From assembly GCA_004297205.1 (NCBI GenBank), contig SCUL01000002.1, forward strand, positions 381,418 through 445,417: a DNA stretch of 64,000 nucleotides, written 5' to 3'. The position numbers and the translations under genes were made by a program. Origin of the DNA: Patescibacteria group bacterium. Lineage in GTDB: Bacteria > Patescibacteriota > Patescibacteriia > 2-12-FULL-57-11. The notes beneath the pieces are model-generated. The model saw only the letters and a list, made by a program, of their open reading frames with translations. It ran no database searches and had not been told where the DNA came from. Positions 8,992 to 19,107 of this stretch are shown here, piece by piece (the first letter of the stretch is position 1; every line of letters starts with the position of its first letter).

Positions 8992-10287
8992 TTACGGGGT
9001 GAGCCGGTTCAGCAACCGGGGGAAAGGAATGGTTTCGCGGACGTGTTCCAGGCCGCAGATCCAGGCCACGGCGCGCTCCAGCCCGATGCCGAAGCCGGAG
9101 TGCGGCACGCTGCCGTAGCGACGCAGGTCGAGGTACCACTGGAACGCGGCGGGCGGAAGCTGGTGCTCGGCGATGCGCTGCTCGAGGAGCGCCAAGTCGT
9201 CGATGCGCTGGCTGCCGCCGATGACTTCGCCGTAGCCCTCGGGCGCCAGCATGTCGTTGTTGAGCACATGCACCGGATCGGCCGGGTCCGGCTTCATATA
9301 GAAGGCCTTGATGGCCGCCGGGTAGTGGTGGATGAAGATCGGCCGGTCATACTGTTTGGTCAGGATCGTTTCGTCGTCGCCGCCGAAGTCGTCGCCGTCC
9401 TTCATGTCCGAGCCGAGCTTCTGCAGCTGGGCGACGGCGTCCGTGTAATGGATGCGCGGGAACTTCCCCTGCGCCGACGTCTCGAGCGTCTTCGTATCAC
9501 GCTCCAGCGTTTTGAGATCCGCAGCGCGGCGATCAAGCACTCGGCGCAGAATGAAGACCATCATGTCTTCCTGAAGCTGGATGTTTTCCTCCCAATCCAT
9601 GAACGCGGCTTCTGCCTCGAGCATCCAGAATTCGGTCAGGTGGCGGCGCGTCTTGGACTTCTCGGAACGGAAGGTCGGGCCGAAGCAGTAGGTCTTGCGC
9701 AGCGCCGCGCTCGTCGCTTCGAGATACAGCTGCCCGGACTGCGACAGATAGGCCTTGTCGTCAAAATACTTCACCTCAAACAGATCGGTCGTGCCTTCGA
9801 CCGCGTTTGGCGTAAAAATCGGCGAGTCGGTGTTGATGAAGCCGCGCTCGTAGAAGAACTCGCGCATCGCAAAAGCGATCTCGTTGCGGATGCGGAGAAT
9901 CGCTTCTTGGCGCGCCGAACGGATCCAGAGATGACGGTTGTTCAAGAGAAAGTCCGGACCGTGGTCCTTCTTGCCGATCGGGTACTCCGCGGCCACGGAC
10001 ACGACCGTGAGCCCGCTGCCGCTGAGCTCGACGCCGCTCGGCGAGCGCGGCTCGGCTTTGACCGTCCCCGTCACGAGGACCGAGGACTCGATGGTCAGCG
10101 TCTGCAATCCGGCCCAGACCTGCTCCGGCACCTCGGCTTTGGAGTAGACCACCTGCACGCGCCCCGTGCCGTCGCGCAGCTGCAAAAAGAAAATGCTCCC
10201 GGAGGACCGGAAGTTATGGACCCAGCCTTTCAATTCGACGGCCTCCCCCACCTTGCCGCCCACCTCCGACACCAGTGTTTCGGGCAT
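8992..10287 (-). CDS. asnS: asparagine--tRNA ligase
   Basis: YLSQSGQLY, FGPTFRSEKSKTRRHLTEFWMLE, YGEVIGGSQR, WYLDLRRYGSVPHSGFG. Confidence 0.95.
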   Translation of the reverse strand: MPETLVSEVGGKVGEAVELKGWVHNFRSSGSIFFLQLRDGTGRVQVVYSKAEVPEQVWAGLQTLTIESSVLVTGTVKAEPRSPSGVELSGSGLTVVSVAAEYPIGKKDHGPDFLLNNRHLWIRSARQEAILRIRNEIAFAMREFFYERGFINTDSPIFTPNAVEGTTDLFEVKYFDDKAYLSQSGQLYLEATSAALRKTYCFGPTFRSEKSKTRRHLTEFWMLEAEAAFMDWEENIQLQEDMMVFILRRVLDRRAADLKTLERDTKTLETSAQGKFPRIHYTDAVAQLQKLGSDMKDGDDFGGDDETILTKQYDRPIFIHHYPAAIKAFYMKPDPADPVHVLNNDMLAPEGYGEVIGGSQRIDDLALLEQRIAEHQLPPAAFQWYLDLRRYGSVPHSGFGIGLERAVAWICGLEHVRETIPFPRLLNRLTP

Positions 10288-10348
10288 ATTTTCTGGACCA
10301 AAGCCCCTCTATGGTAGGCCGCGGACCCCGGAAACGCAAGGCGGCCGG

Positions 10349-11122
10349 TCAGCTGCGAACCGCGGCCGCGGCCAGCCCGACGTCCCCGAACAAACGCAAA
10401 AGGATGGCCGGATCAACCGTCCCGGAAAACTGGTAGAGCACGTACAGGCCGACGGCGCGATGCACGGTCTTGGCGTCTTCGACCGCGAGCGGCAAGCGCA
10501 CGGCGGAGACGAGCGGCAGGTCGTGGGCGGCGCGCAGATAGGAGAGCGCCTGCGGACTGAGACGTACGGCATCCGGCGGCGCGGGGTGCGCGGCGCACTG
10601 GAACCCGCCGGCCGAAGCCGAGAGCATGGTCGGCGCACCGGCGCAGACGGCGCAGCGCGCCGGATCGGCGGCGAAGCCAAGGATCGTGGAGACCTTCCAG
10701 AGGAACGCATCGCGCAAGAGCAAGCGTTCGGAGACGGTGGCTTCTCCCCCAGCCGCGGCCAGCAATTCGCGAAAGACGGAAAACAGGCGGCGATCCGGCT
10801 CGGCCGGTTTGACGGCGGCGTTCAAAAAACCGGCCAGGCCGAGTGCGAGAACCCGCGCCGACGGGTCGACGGCAAAAGCCGGGTGCGCCTCCATACGATC
10901 GGCGCCCACGACATGGTCGAACTGGCGGCCGGAGACGGCCTCGACGGCAAGCAGCTGCAGCGGTTCAAGCGAACCGGCCAACTTGCTCGTGACTTTGCGG
11001 CTGCCGCGGGCGAGCAGCTCCACCTTGCCGCGGTCGGGGGTCAGCACGCTGTAGAGGCGGTCCGCCTCGCGCAACGGCCGGTAGCCGAGCACGATCCCCG
11101 GCGTGGCGTAGGCGAGCGCCAT
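10349..11122 (-). CDS. recO: DNA repair protein RecO
   Basis: GIVLGYRPLREADRLYSVLTPDRGKV, ARGSRKVTSKLAGSLEP, CxxC...CxxH zinc motif. Confidence 0.88.
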   Translation of the reverse strand: MALAYATPGIVLGYRPLREADRLYSVLTPDRGKVELLARGSRKVTSKLAGSLEPLQLLAVEAVSGRQFDHVVGADRMEAHPAFAVDPSARVLALGLAGFLNAAVKPAEPDRRLFSVFRELLAAAGGEATVSERLLLRDAFLWKVSTILGFAADPARCAVCAGAPTMLSASAGGFQCAAHPAPPDAVRLSPQALSYLRAAHDLPLVSAVRLPLAVEDAKTVHRAVGLYVLYQFSGTVDPAILLRLFGDVGLAAAAVRS

Positions 11123-11123
11123 A

Positions 11124-11510
11124 CTAGCGCTGCCGGGCGAGCCAGGCGTCGAGGACGGAAGCGGCGGCGAGTGCGTCACGGTCGGCGCGCGATCCCTCGG
11201 CGCGCTGGCGGTCGGCCACGAGCGACGACATGCGTTCGTCTTCGAGCACGATCCGGGCATCGGTCATGTCGCGCAGGTCCGCGGCGAAGGCGTCGATCAG
11301 GTGGGCCATGTGCGCGGCTTCGCCTTTGAGCGTCTTGGGGTAGCCGATGACGATCACGCCGGCGCCTTCCTGCTTGGCGATGTCGGCGATTTCCTGCGCC
11401 AGGTTGCCGCCCGCGATGATCGTCTTCCAAGGACTCGCAATGCGCGTCTCGGTATCGCCGGTCGCGAGGCCGACGCGTCGCGTTCCCCAGTCCATGCCAA
11501 GCACCCTCAT
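11124..11510 (-). CDS. yqgF: YqgF/RuvX pre-16S rRNA nuclease
   Basis: LGMDWGTRRVGLA, IVIGYP, EDERMSS, DALAAASVL. Confidence 0.9.
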   Translation of the reverse strand: MRVLGMDWGTRRVGLATGDTETRIASPWKTIIAGGNLAQEIADIAKQEGAGVIVIGYPKTLKGEAAHMAHLIDAFAADLRDMTDARIVLEDERMSSLVADRQRAEGSRADRDALAAASVLDAWLARQR

Positions 11511-12286
11511 ACCGGCAGCGGGGTGATGATGTCGTGGCCCGTTTCCGTGACCACGACCGTGACTTCAAAATGCGCGGCCGGCGAACCGTCGACGGCAACG
11601 ATCGTCCAGTCGTCCGGCAGCGTGTCCACGGCGTAGTCGCCGAGCGTCACCATCGGCTCGATGCACAGCACCATGCCGGGAACGATGCGCACGGGTTTGA
11701 GATGCGGATCGAAATAATTCGGGATGCGCGGATCCTCATGGACCTTGCGGCCGACGCCGTGCCCGACCAGGTCGCGCACCACGCCGTAGCCGTGCTTCTC
11801 GACGTGCGCCTGCACGGCTTTGCCGATGTCGGAAATCATGTTCCCCGGCTTCACCTGCTCAAGCCCGCGCAAAAGCGACTCGCGCGTCACCTGCATGAGC
11901 TTGCGGACATCCTTACCGACCTCGCCGACGGCGACCGTCACCGCCATGTCCGTGCAGAACCCCTTGTAGCGGGCGCCGATGTCGAGCCCGATGATGTCGC
12001 CTTCCGCGAGCGGCCGGGCCGGCACGGCCGGCGCATGCACCACTTCATGGTTGATGGACGTGCACAGCGTCGTCGGAAACGGCCGGTCCGTGGCGCGCGT
12101 CTTGTACCCCAAAAAGGACGGCTCGCCGCCGCCGTCGCGGATCACCTGCGTCGCGATCCGGTCGAGCTCTTCCGTGGTCACGCCCGGACGCACCGCGGCG
12201 GCCGCGGCCGAAAGCGCGCGCGATAACAACGCTCCGCCTTCGCGCAGCACGGCGATCTCCTCGGCCGTTTTAATCATGTCGTTCAT
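11507..12286 (-). CDS. map: methionine aminopeptidase type I
   Basis: CTSINHEVVH, DIG, DMA, GHGVG, HEDP, IEPM, AHFE. Confidence 0.95.
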   Translation of the reverse strand: MNDMIKTAEEIAVLREGGALLSRALSAAAAAVRPGVTTEELDRIATQVIRDGGGEPSFLGYKTRATDRPFPTTLCTSINHEVVHAPAVPARPLAEGDIIGLDIGARYKGFCTDMAVTVAVGEVGKDVRKLMQVTRESLLRGLEQVKPGNMISDIGKAVQAHVEKHGYGVVRDLVGHGVGRKVHEDPRIPNYFDPHLKPVRIVPGMVLCIEPMVTLGDYAVDTLPDDWTIVAVDGSPAAHFEVTVVVTETGHDIITPLPV

Positions 12287-12324
12287 GCGGGAAACACGTT
12301 ACCACGCGTATCCGGAACCATAAA

Positions 12325-12349
12325 GGGCGGACGCAAGGTCCGCCCCTAC
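12325..12349 (-). repeat. GTAG-type REP-like palindrome
   Basis: GTAG-GGGCGGAC-CTTGC-GTCCGCCC between secY and map. Confidence 0.55.
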
Positions 12350-12365
12350 ACGCTCCACGCTCCCC

Positions 12366-13640
12366 CTACACTCCTTCGTAATCGTGCATCTGGATCTGCA
12401 CCTGAATTTGTTTGACGACCTCGATGACGACGGACACGACGATCAGGAGCGACGTGCCGCCGACGAGGAGTGCCGGGTTGCCGGTGGCCTGCTGCAGAAT
12501 GAGCGGCAGCACCGCGATGACGCCCAGGAACAGCGCGCCGGCCAGCGTGATGCGCGTCACGATCGCGCTCAGGTACTGCACCGTGGACTGCCCCGGCCGG
12601 ATGCCCGGGATGAAGCCGCCCTGCTTCTGAATGTTCTCGGCGATCTGTTCGGGCTTGAAGACGATCGCCGTGTAGAAGTAGGTGAAGCCGACGACGAGCG
12701 TGAAGTAGAGCACGGCGTAGACGGTCTGGTTCTGGAACGTCACGATCACCCAGGTCGCGGCATCCTTCAGCCACTGGGCCTTGGCGGTGACGAAGAACTG
12801 GGCCACGACCGGCGGCATGAGCACCACCGAGATGGCGAAGATGATCGGGATGACGCCGGACATGTTCACGCGCAGCGGCAGGTGCGTGCTGGAGCCGCCG
12901 AACAGCCGCGAACCGCGGACCTGCTTGGCGTAGGAGACCGGCACGTTGCGCTGTCCTTCCGTGATGTAGACGACGCCGACGACCGTGGCGACCGCCGTCG
13001 CGGCGAGCGCCGCGAACAGCAAGGCCTGCGAAGAGTCGTAGGTCAGGAGGATCTGCTGGAGCTGCTGCGGCAGGCCGGCCACGATGTTGGCGAAGATGAG
13101 GAGCGAAATGCCGTTGCCCATCTTGCGCTCGGTGATGAGTTCGCCGAGCCACATCAGGAAAACGGAACCCGCAGTCATGGTGATGACCGTGGTAATCCAG
13201 GCGAACAGCGACATGTCGCCGATGATCCCCTGGCCGGACTGGCGCAGGAGGGTCAGGATGCCGACCGCGTTCAGCATGGCGAGGGGCACCGTCGCGTAGC
13301 GCGTCCACTGGTTGATGCGGGCGCGTCCCGCCTCGCCGTCCTTCTGGATTTCCTCGAGCCGCGGCAAGACGATCGTCAGCAGCTGGAAGATGATGGAAGC
13401 CGTGATGTAGGGGCCCACCCCGAGCGAGACCACCGAGAAGTTCTCAATGGCGCCGCCGGAAAACAGTGACAACAGGCCGAGCACCTGGTTCGATTGGAAG
13501 AACAGCCGGAGCTGCTGCGCGTCGACGCCCGGCACGGAAATGTGGGCGAGCACGCGGTACAGCAGGAGCGCGAACGCGATAAAGAGGAGGCCGTTGCGAA
13601 CCTCAGGAACCGTCCAGATTTTACGGAGCTCGCGCCACAT
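12366..13640 (-). CDS. secY: preprotein translocase SecY
   Basis: LGVGPYITASIIFQLL, WLGELITE, GNGISL, GVIPIIFA, IPGIRPG, GGTSLLIVV. Confidence 0.97.
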   Translation of the reverse strand: MWRELRKIWTVPEVRNGLLFIAFALLLYRVLAHISVPGVDAQQLRLFFQSNQVLGLLSLFSGGAIENFSVVSLGVGPYITASIIFQLLTIVLPRLEEIQKDGEAGRARINQWTRYATVPLAMLNAVGILTLLRQSGQGIIGDMSLFAWITTVITMTAGSVFLMWLGELITERKMGNGISLLIFANIVAGLPQQLQQILLTYDSSQALLFAALAATAVATVVGVVYITEGQRNVPVSYAKQVRGSRLFGGSSTHLPLRVNMSGVIPIIFAISVVLMPPVVAQFFVTAKAQWLKDAATWVIVTFQNQTVYAVLYFTLVVGFTYFYTAIVFKPEQIAENIQKQGGFIPGIRPGQSTVQYLSAIVTRITLAGALFLGVIAVLPLILQQATGNPALLVGGTSLLIVVSVVIEVVKQIQVQIQMHDYEGV

Positions 13641-13641
13641 A

Positions 13642-14127
13642 TCAGTTCTTGGCCTTGGTCTTGGCTTTGGCCTTGTCGGCGGCCGCGGCGAACGTAGCGC
13701 CGCCTGCTTCTGCCGCGGCGCGGGCCGAGCCCGTGAAACGGATGTCCGCGTTGAAGGTCAGCTTCTTGGTAAGTTTGCCCGGCGCGAGCATTTTGGAGGC
13801 GCGGGCGTTGTAGGGAATCAACCCCTTCTTCTTGAGCGTTTTCAGGGAGACGGTTTCACCGGCGGCGTAGGCGCGGTCAATGACCGTGAGACGGACCTCG
13901 ACGGGCGGTACGGCGCGGCTGCGGAAACCGCCGAGCTTGGGCATGGCCTGAACGATGCGCTTCATGCCGAGGCGCTTCAGCCCCTTGCGGCCGCCGGAAC
14001 GGGCCTTCTGCCCCTTCATGCCGCGGGTCGAATAGGTCCCGTGGCCGGACGCGTTGCCGCGTCCGACGCGCTTCTTGCGCTTCGTGGAACCCTTCGCGGG
14101 ATGCAGCGAATGGAGAGTGTGCATCAT
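13642..14127 (-). CDS. rplO: 50S ribosomal protein L15
   Basis: KRVGRGNASGHGTYSTRGMKGQKARSG. Confidence 0.95.
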   Translation of the reverse strand: MMHTLHSLHPAKGSTKRKKRVGRGNASGHGTYSTRGMKGQKARSGGRKGLKRLGMKRIVQAMPKLGGFRSRAVPPVEVRLTVIDRAYAAGETVSLKTLKKKGLIPYNARASKMLAPGKLTKKLTFNADIRFTGSARAAAEAGGATFAAAADKAKAKTKAKN

Positions 14128-14136
14128 AGGGGTCGA

Positions 14137-14694
14137 TCAGGCCGTAGCCGGACGGCTGCGGCGCGTGCGGGCCAGCCCGCCGAGCGCCTGCATCGTGGCT
14201 TTGACGTTGTTGATCTTGTTGCCGGAGCCGAGCGACTTGGATACGACGTTCGGCACGCCGGCGATTTCAAGAATCGCGCGTGCGGCGCCGCCGGCTTTGA
14301 TGCCGGTGCCTTTCGGCGCGGGTTTGAGCAAAATCCTCGCGGCCGCGAACTTGGCTTCGATGGCGTGCGGGATGGTTTCACGCACCAGCGGCACCGTGAT
14401 GACCCGCTTCTGCGCCTTGCGCGTGGCCTTGTCGACCGACATCTGGACGTCGGCGCCCTTGGCGACGGCGAAACCGACGCGGCCCTTGCGGTCGCCGACG
14501 ATGACCAGCGCGCGGAAGCGCATGCGCTTGCCGCCCTTGGTGACGCGGGTCACGCGGGACAGCTCCAACGTGCGCGAGTCGAACTCGCGCGGCGCGTCGT
14601 CACGGTCGCGGCGTCCGCCGCGGCCGCCGCCCGGACCGCCGCGGCCCGGACCTCCCCGACCACCCGGCTTGTTTTGATTGGAACTCTGAACCAT
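14137..14694 (-). CDS. rpsE: 30S ribosomal protein S5
   Basis: RVTRVTKGGKRMRFRALVIVGD, PAPKGTGIKAGG. Confidence 0.96.
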   Translation of the reverse strand: MVQSSNQNKPGGRGGPGRGGPGGGRGGRRDRDDAPREFDSRTLELSRVTRVTKGGKRMRFRALVIVGDRKGRVGFAVAKGADVQMSVDKATRKAQKRVITVPLVRETIPHAIEAKFAAARILLKPAPKGTGIKAGGAARAILEIAGVPNVVSKSLGSGNKINNVKATMQALGGLARTRRSRPATA

Positions 14695-14701
14695 AGGGAT
14701 A

Positions 14702-15088
14702 TCAGAACGTCAGACCGCCGGCGCGGGCGCCTTCGGCGAGCGCGCGGATGCGGCCATGGTAGCGCTGTCCGCCGCGGTCGAACACCACCGCGGTGACACC
14801 CGCGGCCTTGGCGCGCTCGGCGATGAGCTGGCCGACGGCATAGGCCGCGGCCACTTTGGCGGCCATGCCTTCCGGCGCGGCCACCTTCTTCTTGCCCAGA
14901 TCGGCGTCGCCAGCGGACGCCAGCGTGCGGCGGGCGGCGTCGTCGACAATCTGCGCGCGCATGTGCTTGAGCGAACGGAAGACGGCCAGGCGCGGGCGCT
15001 CAGCCGTGCCGGTCACGCGGGCGCGGATGCGCGCCTTGCGGTGCGCCAGACGGGCGCGCGCGGATTTTTGGGGATTGCGGATACGCAT
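14702..15088 (-). CDS. rplR: 50S ribosomal protein L18
   Basis: [35 protein letters not shown]. Confidence 0.96.
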   Translation of the reverse strand: MRIRNPQKSARARLAHRKARIRARVTGTAERPRLAVFRSLKHMRAQIVDDAARRTLASAGDADLGKKKVAAPEGMAAKVAAAYAVGQLIAERAKAAGVTAVVFDRGGQRYHGRIRALAEGARAGGLTF

Positions 15089-15097
15089 ATGCGTGCG

Positions 15098-15646
15098 TTA
15101 CTTGGCCCCCGCCTTGGCGGCCTTGCCGGCCTTGCGGCGGACGTACTCGTCGACGTACTTGATGCCCTTCCCCTTGTACGGTTCGGGCGGACGGACGGAG
15201 CGGATGCGCGCCGCGGATTCACCGAGCAGTTCTTTGTCGGCCGAGGCGAGCGTGATCAGGTTCTTGTCGACGGACGCGGTCACGCCCTTCGGCAGGTCGA
15301 TCGGCACTTCGTGCGAAAAGCCGACGTCGAGCGTGATCTTGGCGCCGGAACCGGCCACCTTGTAGCCGACGCCGATGACCTCGAGCTTCTTTTCAAAACC
15401 CTTGGTGACGCCCTCCACCATGTTGGCGATGAGATTGCGGAACAGCCCCCACAGCGCGCGGTCGCCCTTCTCCTCGGGGGACGCGACCGTGATGGTGAGT
15501 TCGTTGTTCTCCTGCTTCACCGCGACGTGCGGATGCAGAACACGGGCCAGCTCCCCCTTGGGACCCTTGACCGTGATGTTCGCGCCGTCGAGGCGGACCT
15601 CAACCCCCTGCGGCACCGCGACGGGCATTTTTCCAATGCGGGACAT
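15098..15646 (-). CDS. rplF: 50S ribosomal protein L6
   Basis: MSRIGK, VKGPKGEL, RPPEPYKGKGI. Confidence 0.97.
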   Translation of the reverse strand: MSRIGKMPVAVPQGVEVRLDGANITVKGPKGELARVLHPHVAVKQENNELTITVASPEEKGDRALWGLFRNLIANMVEGVTKGFEKKLEVIGVGYKVAGSGAKITLDVGFSHEVPIDLPKGVTASVDKNLITLASADKELLGESAARIRSVRPPEPYKGKGIKYVDEYVRRKAGKAAKAGAK

Positions 15647-15655
15647 AGAGGGAGG

Positions 15656-16048
15656 TTAGTAGACTTCGCAGAGCAATTCACCGCCCACCTTCTGTTTGCG
15701 GGCCTGCGCGCCGCTCATGATGCCGCTCGGCGTCGACAGAATCGCCACGCCGTAGCCGGAGCGCACTTGCGGGATTTCTTTGTAGCCAATGTAGACGCGG
15801 CGGCCCGGCGTCGAGACGCGGGACACGCCGTGGATGGTGCTCTCGCGGCCGTCGTACTTCAGCACGAGGCGGAGCTCCTTTTTGATGTTCTCGCCGCGGG
15901 TTTCGACGGCGGCGATGAACCCTTCCTGCACCAAAATCTGGGCGATGGAGAGCTTCATCCGCGAGTACGGCAAGGTCAGGTCCGGTTTCCGGACCTTGGC
16001 CGCATTACGGATGCGGGTGAGCATGTCAGCGATGGGATCGGTCATCAT
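15656..16048 (-). CDS. rpsH: 30S ribosomal protein S8
   Basis: MTDPIADMLTRIRNA, SRVSTPGRRVY, VGGELLC. Confidence 0.97.
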   Translation of the reverse strand: MMTDPIADMLTRIRNAAKVRKPDLTLPYSRMKLSIAQILVQEGFIAAVETRGENIKKELRLVLKYDGRESTIHGVSRVSTPGRRVYIGYKEIPQVRSGYGVAILSTPSGIMSGAQARKQKVGGELLCEVY

Positions 16049-16078
16049 AGGGTCTGTGGGACGGATGTCGCCAGGCGC

Positions 16079-16264
16079 TTACCAACTGGATTTGGTGACG
16101 CCCGGGATCTCGCCCCGGTTGGCCAGTTCGCGGAAGCAGATGCGGCACAGCTCGAAGGCGCGCATGAAGCCGCGCTTGCGGCCGCAGCGCCAGCACCGGC
16201 GGACCTGCCGAGTCGAAAACTTCGGCTTCCGCTTGGACTTTGCGATTTGGGCTTCCGTAGCCAT
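16079..16264 (-). CDS. rpsN: 30S ribosomal protein S14, zinc-binding short type
   Basis: RCWRCGR...[17 protein letters not shown]. Confidence 0.96.
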   Translation of the reverse strand: MATEAQIAKSKRKPKFSTRQVRRCWRCGRKRGFMRAFELCRICFRELANRGEIPGVTKSSW

Positions 16265-16267
16265 AGC

Positions 16268-16813
16268 TTAGTTCGTTTCCTTAAAGGGGAATCCCAGGAG
16301 CTTGAGGAGGGTGAAGCCTTCCTCGCGCGTCTTGGCCGTGGTGACCACGACCACCTCGAGCCCGTGGAGCCGCTCGACTTCGTCAGGGCGGATCTCCGGG
16401 AAGGCGATGAATTCCTTGAACCCGATGGACAGGTTGCCGCGGCCGTCGAGCGCCTTCGGGGACAATCCCCGGAAGTCGCGCACGCGCGGCAGCGTGATGT
16501 GGATGAGCTTTTCGACGAGCGCCTCCATGCGCTTGCCGCGCAGGGTGACCATGAGCCCGACCGTCATCCCCTTGCGGATCTTGAAGTTGGAGATGGACTT
16601 CTTGGCCAGGGTTTTCACCGGCTGCTGGCCGCTGATGCGGCGCAGGACCTGCTCGGCCGTTTCGGCGAGCTTGGCGTCCTTGCTGCCGGCCGGCAGGCCG
16701 ACGTTCAGGACGACCTTCTCCAGCCGCGGCACTTCGTGCACGTTCTTATAGCCGAACTGCTTCTGCAGCGCCGGCACGACCGTCTTCTTATAGTGTTGTA
16801 CGAGCACGGCCAT
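16268..16813 (-). CDS. rplE: 50S ribosomal protein L5
   Basis: VPRLEKVVLN, AKKSISNFKIRKG, LPRVRDFRG. Confidence 0.96.
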   Translation of the reverse strand: MAVLVQHYKKTVVPALQKQFGYKNVHEVPRLEKVVLNVGLPAGSKDAKLAETAEQVLRRISGQQPVKTLAKKSISNFKIRKGMTVGLMVTLRGKRMEALVEKLIHITLPRVRDFRGLSPKALDGRGNLSIGFKEFIAFPEIRPDEVERLHGLEVVVVTTAKTREEGFTLLKLLGFPFKETN

Positions 16814-16814
16814 A

Positions 16815-17126
16815 TCAGGCGATGGGTTCACCGGACTTCGCGGCGACGCGGGTCTTCTTCCCGTCGGCGGCGACCTGGATCTTCACGCGGGTCGGCTTCT
16901 GCGTCTTGGGGTCGATCAGCATGACGTTCGACACGTGCAGCGGACCCGAGAACTCGATCTTCTGCCCCTTGGTGCCGGCGCCCCGCGCGCGCACGTGCTT
17001 CGTGGCCACGTTGACGCCTTCAACCACGACCTTCCCGATGTCCGGGAACGTCTGCAGCACCTTGCCCGTCTTTCCTTTGTCCTTGCCCGCGATCACGGTG
17101 ACGCGGTCTCCGGTCTTGATCTTCAT
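16815..17126 (-). CDS. rplX: 50S ribosomal protein L24
   Basis: KTGDRVTVIAGKDKGKTG, HVSNVML. Confidence 0.96.
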   Translation of the reverse strand: MKIKTGDRVTVIAGKDKGKTGKVLQTFPDIGKVVVEGVNVATKHVRARGAGTKGQKIEFSGPLHVSNVMLIDPKTQKPTRVKIQVAADGKKTRVAAKSGEPIA

Positions 17127-17134
17127 AAGGGAGG

Positions 17135-17506
17135 TCAGAGCACTTCGGGCGCCAGCGAAACGATCTTGGCGAACCCGGCCGCGCGCAGCTCGCGAGCCAC
17201 CGGCCCGAAGATGCGCGTCCCGCGCGGCTCCTTGGTCGCCTTGTCGATGACGACGCCGGCGTTGTCGTCGAAACGGATGTACGAGCCGTCCTTGCGGCGG
17301 GTCTCCTTGCGCGTGCGCACGAGGACCGCGTGGACGACTTCGCTCTTCTTGACCGTCGCGCGCGGCACCGCCTCTTTGACGACGCAGGTGACGACGGTGG
17401 CCAGGCGGCCATAGCGGCTCTTGTAGCCGCCGAGCACGCGGATCACTTGGAGCAGCTTGGCTCCAGAGTTGTCCGCGACCGCGAGCATGGAACGATGTTG
17501 CACCAT
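17135..17506 (-). CDS. rplN: 50S ribosomal protein L14
   Basis: [34 protein letters not shown]. Confidence 0.97.
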   Translation of the reverse strand: MVQHRSMLAVADNSGAKLLQVIRVLGGYKSRYGRLATVVTCVVKEAVPRATVKKSEVVHAVLVRTRKETRRKDGSYIRFDDNAGVVIDKATKEPRGTRIFGPVARELRAAGFAKIVSLAPEVL

Positions 17507-17516
17507 ATGCTCGGGG

Positions 17517-17795
17517 TTAGGCCTTCACGGCCGGCGACACCAGCCGCCAGCGCTTATCCTTGGAGATCGGCCGGCATTCCTCGAAGATCACTGTCTCGCC
17601 GACTTTGGCGATGCCGAGTTCGTCGTGGACCTTGTACTTCCGGCTCTGCACGAAGCGCTTCAAATACACCGGGTGCTGCTTCATGCGCACCACTTTGACG
17701 ACGGCAGTCTTCTGCATTTTCGTCGACACCACCACCCCGGTGAGCCGACGGCGCCGGGCGACAGTGCCTTGCGGGTTGTGCTTCTCGGTCTTCAT
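17517..17795 (-). CDS. rpsQ: 30S ribosomal protein S17
   Basis: [28 protein letters not shown]. Confidence 0.96.
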   Translation of the reverse strand: MKTEKHNPQGTVARRRRLTGVVVSTKMQKTAVVKVVRMKQHPVYLKRFVQSRKYKVHDELGIAKVGETVIFEECRPISKDKRWRLVSPAVKA

Positions 17796-17803
17796 AGGGG
17801 TGA

Positions 17804-17998
17804 TTAGCGGGCGGCGCGCTCCTTGGCGGCCATCGTTTCGAGGCGGGCGATCAAGGTCCGCACGACGCGGATCTCGCGCACCTTGGTGAGCTTTCCCTGG
17901 TTGGCTTCAAAGCGCAGACGGCGGAGGCGCTCGCGGGCGTGGGCCAGTTCGCGTGCGCGCTCGGCGGCCGTGAGTGCCTGGAGTTCTTTGGTATCCAT
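17804..17998 (-). CDS. rpmC: 50S ribosomal protein L29
   Basis: 64 aa, LRRLRF...IRVVRTLIARLET; between rplP and rpsQ. Confidence 0.92.
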   Translation of the reverse strand: MDTKELQALTAAERARELAHARERLRRLRFEANQGKLTKVREIRVVRTLIARLETMAAKERAAR

Positions 17999-18002
17999 AG
18001 GA

Positions 18003-18413
18003 TCAGCGGATCACGATCCGGGTGGTGACCGGAAGCTTGTAGCCCGCCATCTTCAACGCGGCGCGCGAGACCTCCGGCGTGACGCCGTCCATCTCAAAGA
18101 GCACGGTCCCCGGCCGGACGACGGCGACGTAGTAGTCGACCGCGCCCTTGCCGCCGCCCATGGTGTTTTCGTTGCCGTGGGCGGTGACGGATTTGTCCGG
18201 GAAAATGCGGATCCACATTTTTCCGCCGCGCTTCAGGGAACGCGCGATGGTGCGGCGGGCAGCTTCAATCTGGCGGGAGGTGATCCAGCCGCCTTCGAGC
18301 GCTTTGAGCCCGACCGAGCCGTAGGAGACCGTGGTCTTCTGCGTCGCGGGCCGGTGCATCGCGCTCATCAGCTTGTGCTGCTTGCGGAATTTAACCTTCT
18401 TGGGGACGAACAT
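18003..18413 (-). CDS. rplP: 50S ribosomal protein L16
   Basis: PKKVKFRKQH, ITSRQIEAARR, WIRIFPD, MGGGKG. Confidence 0.96.
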   Translation of the reverse strand: MFVPKKVKFRKQHKLMSAMHRPATQKTTVSYGSVGLKALEGGWITSRQIEAARRTIARSLKRGGKMWIRIFPDKSVTAHGNENTMGGGKGAVDYYVAVVRPGTVLFEMDGVTPEVSRAALKMAGYKLPVTTRIVIR

Positions 18414-18416
18414 ACC

Positions 18417-19103
18417 TTAGGCTGCTTTGGATGCGATCCCGCCGATGGCGGGACGCTCCTTCTTTTCAAACACCTCGCCGCGGTAGATCCAGACCTTCAC
18501 GCCGATCGTGCCGGCCATGGTGCGGGCGAAGCTCTGCGCGTAGTCGATGTCGGCGCGCAGGTTCTGCAACGGCACGCTGCCGCGGGACAACGTCTCGGTG
18601 CGGGCGATTTCGGCGCCGTTGAGTCGGCCGGCCACTTCGAGCTTCACGCCCTTGGCGCCCGCCTTCTCGACGCGTTCGGCCGTGCCCTTGAGGACGCGGC
18701 GGAACGGCAGACGGCGCTCCAATTCGCCGATCATGCCCTGCATGACGATGGCGGCGGAGAGTCCCGGACGCGAGACCTCGACGATGTTCAGGTTCAGCGT
18801 GACGCGGCGGCCGCGGTAGAAACGGTCGCGCAACTTCTTCTTCAAATCTTCCGCGCCGGCGCCGGAGCGGCCGATGATGAGGCCGGGCTTGGCCGTGTGA
18901 ATGACCACGACGATGGCGTTCGCGGTCCGCTCGATGTCGATGTGGTCAACCGCCGAGTCCTTGAGGAGCTCGGTCAGGTAGACGCGCATCTGCACGTCCT
19001 CCTTGAGGAGAGCGGGCACCAACTGGCGCTTCGCGAACCAACGCGAACCCCAGGTCTGGACGGTGCCGATGCGGAACGCTTTGGGGTGAACTTTCTGACC
19101 CAT
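18417..19103 (-). CDS. rpsC: 30S ribosomal protein S3
   Basis: MGQKVHP, KPGLIIG, GRLNGAEIAR, LRADIDY. Confidence 0.97.
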   Translation of the reverse strand: MGQKVHPKAFRIGTVQTWGSRWFAKRQLVPALLKEDVQMRVYLTELLKDSAVDHIDIERTANAIVVVIHTAKPGLIIGRSGAGAEDLKKKLRDRFYRGRRVTLNLNIVEVSRPGLSAAIVMQGMIGELERRLPFRRVLKGTAERVEKAGAKGVKLEVAGRLNGAEIARTETLSRGSVPLQNLRADIDYAQSFARTMAGTIGVKVWIYRGEVFEKKERPAIGGIASKAA

Positions 19104-19107
19104 AGGA

